From assembly GCF_009834535.1 (NCBI RefSeq), contig NC_045696.1, positions 24,678,001-24,742,000 of the forward strand: DNA of 64,000 bases, written 5' to 3'. Positions 56,263 to 64,000 of the stretch are shown piece by piece. The first letter of the stretch is position 1. The number at the start of each line of letters is the position of its first letter. The position numbers and the translations under genes are program-made. Below the pieces are notes generated by a model, which saw only the letters and a list, made by a program, of their open reading frames with translations, had not been told where the DNA came from and made no database searches. Origin of the DNA: Camelus ferus. Lineage: Eukaryota.

Positions 56263-57577
56263 TGTACTTTGTGTAAGGGAAAAGGACCTTTGTACTGACA
56301 ACAACTTTATTACATGTCGGGTCAGTGGAATCTAATTTTGCCAACCAGAATAACATTGATTGTCACGGAGGATGTAATGTGACTTTCAAGCATCAGTCTT
56401 TATCCAGATAATCTTTACTGGAAATGCTTGGACTAATATGTGTGTTTCTCTAGTTTTGAGCAATTTAGTTACCACCTACTAGAGCACATCAGCAGCCCCA
56501 GGAAGAGCAGATCATCCCTGAACCATCCCTGAACTAGCCATTAAGGGTGTGGTTCACAGCAAGATTGATAATGGGGTTGTATTCCTGGGATTTTCAAAAT
56601 GAGGCTTCTCCAGCATCCCTCCCTCAAAATAAACAAGCAAACAAGCAAACAGGACTGGCACCCTCTGCTCAGATAGACTAGAAAATCTAAAGGAAAGCCT
56701 GTAGATTTCCTTGGTGTATCAAAACATCTACTGCATTGAAACTATTAAGGGTGGTCACAGATAATGTCTGAGGGTTTTGGATTCTTGGGCAAAATGACCA
56801 GCTTGCCAGAAACATCCAGTGATTGCGCATGTTCCTTTGGCCACGAGAACCAAAGCAATCTCTTCTGGGTGCTGATTCGTCTCAGAGTTAATAGGAACGT
56901 TAGGCAGAGAGAACATTGTGGAGGTTGGTTTGCCCTAAGAAAAGGTCTTAAATCTTACATCTGAATGCTACATCAGCAAAACCAGGAATACGTTGAATTA
57001 ACTGGAATAATCCAAATTCCACAATTATTTCATTTGTTCCAAAAATATTTCTGTCCCTGATATCACTGCAGTGGACCTGGTTTAAAAGGTTAGAAAAAGA
57101 GTTGTTCGAGGTTATGAAAGACAGGTCTCTGAAAAAGGAAAAGTGGGATATTGCTGTTAATTTTTTTTTAACTTTTACTTATATGTGAAATATGAATCTG
57201 ATTAGGAAAATAATACACTTTCATAAAACATGTTGAAAAATGTGAGAAAAAACATAGAAGTAAAAATCATCTAAAATCCCATCACCCAGAGAGAATCACT
57301 GTTCATGTTTTATAATTAACTGTTCTTCTAGGATTTTTGTTAATGTGTATATCTGCTTGCTTTTTTTAAAACAAAAATGATACACTACCAACAGTTTTGT
57401 GTACAGTTTCTATTAACTAAATTACATCGCAAGCATTTTCCCACTTCACAGTCTTGGAACACATGATGTCACTGACGGTATAGATACTCTCTGCTATGTA
57501 TTTACTGTATGTAGGTAATTATTATCTTATTCTCAAACTTCACTTACTAGAGGAAGTAAAAATAAAGTATGCTAATA

Positions 57578-58170
57578 CTAGGCATAGAGCCAAAGGAAAT
57601 GAAATTAGATTATGAAGACAAATCTCCACTCCCAAGTTCACTGCAACATTATTCACAGTAGCCAAGATATGGAAAAAAATCTATGTATCTGTCTGCCATG
57701 GATGAATGGAAAAACTATACCTATTTGTACACATATATATATTATTCTGTCATAAAAATGAAGAAAGTCCTGCCATTTGTGGTAACAGAGTTGAAACTGG
57801 AGGACATTATGCTAAGTAAAGCAAGCCAGACAGAGAAAAATATTGTATGTATCTCTCTTATACGTGGAATCTAAAAACATCAAATTCATAGTACCAGAGA
57901 GTAGATGGTGGTTACGAGGGGCTGAGGGGTGGGGAAAAAGGGAAGATGTTGGTCAAAGTGTACAAACTTTCAGTTATCAGATGGAGAAATTCCAGGGATC
58001 TAATGGTGACTATAGTTAATAATGCTGAATTTTGCTAAGAGAATAGATCTTAAGTGTTCTTAAGGTTATGGTAATCATTTCACAATATGTATATATATAA
58101 AACTATCACATTGTATACCCTAAATATATATAATTTTAATTTATTAATTACACCTCCATAAAACTAAAAA
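57578..58170 (+). mobile_element. L1 3' end (L1MA-type) in an ABCC13 intron
   Basis: ORF 57683-57874 ...YYSVIKMKKVLPFV..LEDIMLSKASQTEK resembles the ORF2 tail; L1 3'UTR follows. Confidence 0.85.
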
Positions 58171-58398
58171 TCTAGTAAAATCGTGTTTCACAATAAATCA
58201 TTTCACAACTTAAAATATATCTATATTTTATTTATGGAGGAAAAACTTATTCTGTGTACACCAACCCTACTTTATTACTTTTATATTAAATTTGAACAAA
58301 TAACCATCTTATAGTCAATACTAAGGTATACTTTGGTCTTAACAATGAATATATTCAGATAAAAGGGGAAAGTGAAACTTATGAAATACATTTGGTAC

Positions 58399-58542
58399 CT
58401 TTTCTTCCCCATGAGTCTGGAAAGTGATATCCTGTAATGCTAAGCCAAGATCATCTCGGTATCGAGCCTGATAATGCATAAACTCCACTATCCCTTTATT
58501 AGGCCATTGTGATGGAGGCCTTTTAGACATTATCCAGGGTGC
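58399..58542 (-). CDS. ABCC13: ABCC13 exon (start of NBD2, A-loop)
   Basis: ttaag| acceptor; encodes APWIMSKRPPSQWPNKGIVEFMHYQARYRDDLGLALQDITFQTHGEEK; |gtacca donor; 144 nt. Confidence 0.92.
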
Positions 58543-58854
58543 CTTAAAACAAAGAAATATTTTTTAAACTATGATTACAATGAATTACCTCCCCCCCAAA
58601 ATTATCATGCATATAAAAAAACACTGATGAAAAATGTTGAAGGACAACATTTATAGATATTATGATTTTTCTGAAAATAGTTTTAAATAACCCCAACATA
58701 AAATTTCTCATTTAGTTAAAAGAAAATTTTAGAAATAATTTTTTAGAGGTAAAAAGGCCTCCCACCTTCCATTAAGGTATTAAGAAAAATCTTCTAAAAC
58801 CCTATAAAGGAGATGAAGGTAACCTGAAATTTTAGCTGAGGTGAGGACAGTTTG

Positions 58855-59500
58855 TCATTTATTCATTTCCCAAATACCTAGTGTTGACTGTGCCAGTCAA
58901 TGCTTTAGTTGCTGGAGATTTAGCAGTGAGAAAAACAGGTAATAATTCTTGCCCTCTTGGAGCGTACATGCTGGTGGGAAGAAACAGAAAGAGCGACATA
59001 GCCTATGTTGAATTTTAGCTGGACAAAGCTTTGGAAGACAGGAAACAGGCAGGGTTTGTGTAATTTAAAGTAAGATGGTTAGGAAAGGCCTGGCTGGACA
59101 CGGTGAGGAAACAAGCCATGTGGATATCAGAGCTATCCAGGTGAAGGTGAAGGAAGCTAACTACACTTGCTTAGGACCTGAGACAGGGGCACGAATGGAA
59201 CACTGGAGGAATAGCAGGAGGTAGAAGAACACGCAGAAGACTATGGTGCCCGGTCAGGGAGATGAGGTGTTTTCACGGATCGCAAGTGTCAAATGATAGG
59301 CCAGGTACGGTGAAGACTGAGAGGGCACCACAGTCACTGATCTTGACCAGGGCAGGTCAGTGAAGCTGTGGGATTTAAAGCTTGTTTCAAGAGGGTCCAA
59401 AAAAGGACGAGAGAAGGGGAATTAGAAAGGGTAAGTACAAGCAACTATTTCAAGGAATTCTACTGTAAAGAAGAGAAGAGAAATAGGGCTCTAGAGGAAT
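58855..59500 (-). mobile_element. L2 fragment
   Basis: catttattcatt...tgtgccag...gctggagatttagcagtgag...ttgccctcttggagc pattern. Confidence 0.6.
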
Positions 59501-60801
59501 AAATAGGATTATTTGACAAATTCACTTTTTTTTTTTTCCACATCAAGAGTTTTGCAACAGTATCTGTCAGCAGTTGCATCAAATTACATAAAGGTGATTT
59601 TTTAAAAAATGTGTGTGTTTGTGTGTGCACACACATATTTTATTGTCTTTTTCTAAAATGAAAAAAAAATATTAATAGCAAAAGATTTAGAAAATATAGA
59701 AAACAATAAAATTCTTATATTAGTCATCACATGGCAATAGGCTGAGCAAACTGAATATTGGTAACTGTAATCATGATTGTGAAGGTAGACTTATCTTTCC
59801 GGAAAGCTGTATGAAAAAGGAAAGTTAGATCTAGGGACGAATACAGAGGATGTTTCAAAGTTTAGGTAGGACTTGGCATATGCAGCAAATATTTGAGCAT
59901 ATTTATAGGCTGACAGGAGCAAGGGGGTTGGGGTGCTGAAACGTAGGAATTAGAGAAGGTGGTTAATGGAGCAAGGTCTCAGAAAAGATGTGAAGAGATG
60001 TTACCAAAAATACAGCTGGAAACTTGAAGTTTTTTCTTTGGAGGAGGAACCTTCTTCCTCAGAGTTATGAGCAAAAGAGGGAAGTTTCATGAAGATACTT
60101 TTATAGGTGGATTAAAGAAGATACAGAAATTCAACATATACCCTTTATCATCTGCCCTGTTAATTCATGGGACTGGTAGGCAGAAGTAACCTAGACTAGT
60201 AAAATACGTAGATAACGCAAATATTATACTCTGTCAATAGTCTAATTCTTCTCCCTCCCAAATTATGGTTAATTAAGGGAACAAAGCTGACAGATTTAAT
60301 CTCCTCCTCCTTCTCATCCACAGAGACGCTAATGATGAGTAAATGGAACAGAAGGTATAAAGACGTAGTTAATTTTAAAACTGCAGTCTCTACGTAATTA
60401 TGAGATGACTATATCAAGACACTTTTCTCAGTGTAAAATCTTCACAAAGTTATAAACTGTAGATTGCATATTTTATTCTACATTGGCAGGGAGCAAATCA
60501 TTGTGCCTCTTAAAAACAGGTGATCATATTTCATTTTTATAACAACACTGAAATTGGATGTATCTTACAATTTTGGGAATATTTTAATTTAATTAGTGCT
60601 TTTTCTTATTTTGGTGATTATACAAAATAATGGTGTATTAAAAATAGATTGGGTTTTAATTTTGTTGAAATGCTGAATATTACAATATAAATTTGGAAAT
60701 GCAGGTTTTGTTTAAAATTTATTTTTAAAATGTCAGTTCAAGGTGCACTAATTACAATACCTTAATTCTGCATCCGTTTATTGGTTATTTAGAGTGCTTA
60801 C

Positions 60802-60903
60802 CTCTTTATCCATATTTTCATATTCACAAACTCTTTCAATGGAAACTGCATTGGTTTCAATTTCACATGCTTTCCTTACCCAAAAATTCAGAGATTGAGT
60901 AAT
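60802..60903 (-). CDS. ABCC13: ABCC13 exon (end of TM17); absent from the ORF track
   Basis: cccag| acceptor; encodes ITQSLNFWVRKACEIETNAVSIERVCEYENMDKE; |gtaagc donor; 102 nt. Confidence 0.92.
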
Positions 60904-62223
60904 CTGGGAGTGAAAAACCAAGAACTTAAGGAATGAGTATTAGTCTTTTACATAATATTAGTAACAGTTTATAAAGCTTCATTTTTCAGAGTTTTTATAT
61001 ATTTTATCTCTTTGAAGTATTGAACAACTTTAGAAGTAAGCATACTTATATGTATACACACATATGTGTTTAAGTTTGTTAAATTCATTAATATCATAAA
61101 CAATGTTTATTTGGCAGAAGATGGAAACAACATAGTTCAACATATATTAAAGTCCATACTTGGTGTAAGGAATGATGAATGGGATATGCCTCAAGAAATG
61201 TACATCCTAAATGAGAAAAAAGAAATTGTGCACAATGTTATCTTTAGCATTCTTTACCACCTTCTATTAGGTGGTGGATTCTCCTAATATTCTGACTACT
61301 CCTGTCCCCTTTTTTTTCAAACTGTACTTTCTTTGCATCTTGCCCCCAAATATAGGTTCCCCAAGGTCAACAAACTCTCACAATTCAGATTTTTCTTGAG
61401 TTTGGTGCAAAACCATTTGATGGCCAACCTGACTTGAACTGATGTGGGCTTCCTTAAAGTGTTTATTTAACCCACTTAGAGTGTGCATTCACATATTTCA
61501 CTGCAGAATAAGTAGTTTGATTACAGAGTTCCACCCCAGGCCCTGCATACATATAAATATATATATATATATGTATTTCCTTTCTAGAAGCCTAAGTTCT
61601 GAATTCTGAAGTGCAACTGACTTCAAAGGTATTAGATAAGGGAATAAGGGCATGTACTCGAATCCTCTAGATCCATCTTTTCAATAATGTGGAATTATAT
61701 TACAGTTTAAGAAATTTTCTATTTTACGAAGAGGGCCTGAACACAGTCATGCCACTTGTGCTTTGCAGTATAATATAAAACAAGGCTTAGTCAGGGAAAA
61801 AATTAGAATCAGAGAAGTAGAGCATATATTCTCTCCAGAACTTGCATTATCTCTTTGCTTATTTTGGGCAAACTTGATGGATGGGACAAGGTATAGAGGG
61901 GCCCTACCCCTTTTACACTTTATGAATCCATAAGGACAAAGAAGCAGGAAACTTCTGGGTAATGATTCAACCGCAGGAGTTTCCTGGTCCTCTAGCACTG
62001 AGCCCTGGGTATCAGTCTGTTCTTTCTGTGAGCTAACTTGGTAACGCTGAGTCAGCTCTTTTGCTAGGAGCAAAAGAGAGAAAGAAATGAGCCTCCAGGG
62101 TAATCCAGATTGGTCTCTCAGTACTTAGTTAATACAGCCTATAATTCAGACAGGCAAGGGAGAAGAGAGTTTAATTAACTGGGTTATAAACATACCATAT
62201 ACCACACAATCATTATTACTTAC

Positions 62224-62350
62224 ATTTAGGGCATAGGATATGGACAGACCAACTACTGCTGAATCAATGGAATTGCCAGCCAGCACAGCAAGCAGTGCAG
62301 CGAAGAACACCAGTAAGTTGCCAAGAAATTCAAGTCTAACAGACAGCCAC
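62224..62350 (-). CDS. ABCC13: ABCC13 exon (TM16 to TM17)
   Basis: ctag| acceptor; encodes WLSVRLEFLGNLLVFFAALLAVLAGNSIDSAVVGLSISYALN; |gtaagt donor; 127 nt. Confidence 0.92.
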
Positions 62351-63104
62351 CTAGAATAATGGAATATACCCCCCGAACTGAGACACAAACGTTTTGATGC
62401 ACTTAGTATGAACTTTCTTTTGGAAAATTAAGGAGTAAAATCAATAGCTACTTTTTCTTTTTCTCACTTAGAACTCAATCAAACATAGGATTGTTGCAAT
62501 GATGATAGAGTAAAGGATTTCTCTGCATAAAAATACACTTTACTTTTTTTTTGTAGAACTTTGTTTTAAAATTTAATCAATTTAAAAATCAAAAGAAAGA
62601 AATACCAGCTAAATGGTGTATTTATTTTAAAATCCCATTGGAAAATCAATTACCATTCTGATTACATACATTTTTTATATGATAAAGTTAGTCTCTAAAA
62701 GTTAAAATGTGCCCAATGACTATTTAATATTTTATTTTCTTCTGTATGTGAAATGTATAACCTCAAATTCAAAATATTATAAATTATTTTATGCAAATAA
62801 AATACATTCTACAAATATAGAGTACAGCAGAGAGTCATATCTTTGGTAATTCTAATAGCATCCTATATAGCCTTCAAAAATGTTGCACCTTATTCTCACA
62901 TAAAGTAGCATGTACTTTTCATATGGATATAAATAGGTATACTTTAACTTAAAGGTACATTAAATACTAGAAATCCTTAAGGCTTTAGTTTTTTTTTTTT
63001 TTTTTGAAGAGTGTCATTACAAAACATTCTTCCTGTTTAGAAGTCAGTGAACAAGATACCCAAGAAGAGACTAGTCCTGAACTAGGTACATGGATATGAC
63101 TTAC

Positions 63105-63304
63105 CTGTTTGAAATCACGTTATTGTAGAAACAGACCAAATTCTCATTCACCACCTCTTTGTTTTGCTGGATGAACCTTTGTTCATGTCCAAATGCCCTG
63201 ATGGTGGGCACCCCCGAGAGAGTCTCGCTAAAGTGGGAAATGACAGGAGAGCGTGATGCCCCTGCCAACCGCCGAATCTGCCGAGAGCTCGCCACGTAGT
63301 ATCT
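63105..63304 (-). CDS. ABCC13: ABCC13 (MRP-like ABC transporter) internal exon, cytoplasmic loop of TMD2; gene continues beyond the right edge
   Basis: aatag| acceptor; encodes RYYVASSRQIRRLAGASRSPVISHFSETLSGVPTIRAF...VISN(R); |gtaagt donor; 200 nt; MRP1/2-like. Confidence 0.9.
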
Positions 63305-63389
63305 CTATTGGGAAGACGGAAAGGTGTAGCCAAAATTGGAGAGATGTAGCCAAAATTACTTCAGTCGTTTGAAAACGGCAAGACACTTG

Positions 63390-63841
63390 TGTATTGGGTT
63401 AAAGAGTGGCCCCCAAAAGTTAAGTTCAAGGTCTAACCTCCAGGACCTGTGAATGTGACCTTATTTGGAAATAGGATCTTTGCAAATGTCATTAAGGATC
63501 TCCAGATGAGACCACCCTGGATTTAGGGTGGGCCCTGAACCCAATCTGAGTGTCCTTATAAAAGACAGAAGAGGAGACAACACAGACATAGGGAGAAAGC
63601 CCTGGAAAGACGAGACTGGACTGATGTACCTCCGAGGCAAGGAAAATGCCAGGGGTCTCTGACGACCACCAGAGACTAGGAGAGAAACATGCAACCGACT
63701 CTCCCTCAGAACCTCCAGAAGGAGACAACCCTGCTTGCTTCTGGAATTTGGACTTCTGGCCTCCAGAACTGTTTAGAGAATAAAATTTCTATTGTTTTAA
63801 GCCGCCAAATTTGTTACGGGAGCCCCAAGAAATGAATGTAC
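63390..63841 (+). mobile_element. MLT1C-like MaLR LTR
   Basis: acctgtgaatgtgaccttatttggaaataggatctttgca...ggacttctggcctccagaactg. Confidence 0.85.
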
Positions 63842-64000
63842 CTTTGTAACAAGTAAAAAGCCCCAATTCTGGACAGCACAACTAGAACAAAACTGGGCAA
63901 AATTTCACTTGAATAATGCTCTCAAACAACCGCTATTGACCTACTGTGGGAAAAACTCTACATCATATGTAGAAAGCGTGGCCAGGCAGTTAACACATTA

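Noticed and set aside
63325..63357. TGTAGCCAAAATT repeated at 20-bp spacing near an ABCC13 acceptor
   Set aside because: Short slippage duplication; the acceptor AG and pyrimidine tract are intact.

Overview
Mammalian genomic DNA, AT-rich and repeat-dense. I see no Alu, B1, Bov-tA, PRE or SINEC elements. The young L1 3' ends look cetartiodactyl and possibly camelid, which is inference only. Positions 1 to ~35 kb are gene-free and filled with old L1, L2, MIR and MaLR (MLT1) relics. A CpG-island promoter (~35.3-36.4 kb) drives a complete 5-exon HSPA13/STCH gene on + (CDS 35977-43834, 470 aa, ~2.5 kb 3'UTR). Converging on it from the right, on -, are the last 8 exons of an ABCC/MRP-type ABC transporter; synteny with HSPA13 makes it ABCC13. 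All 8 exons are in frame with GT-AG sites and a complete NBD2, although ABCC13 is a pseudogene in human. Between the two 3' ends, one MER41-like LTR is inserted in inverted orientation into another copy of the same family. I found no wholly new multi-gene system. The best leads are the apparently intact ABCC13 with altered TM17 residues, the nested inverted LTR pair, and a small L1 3' transduction.
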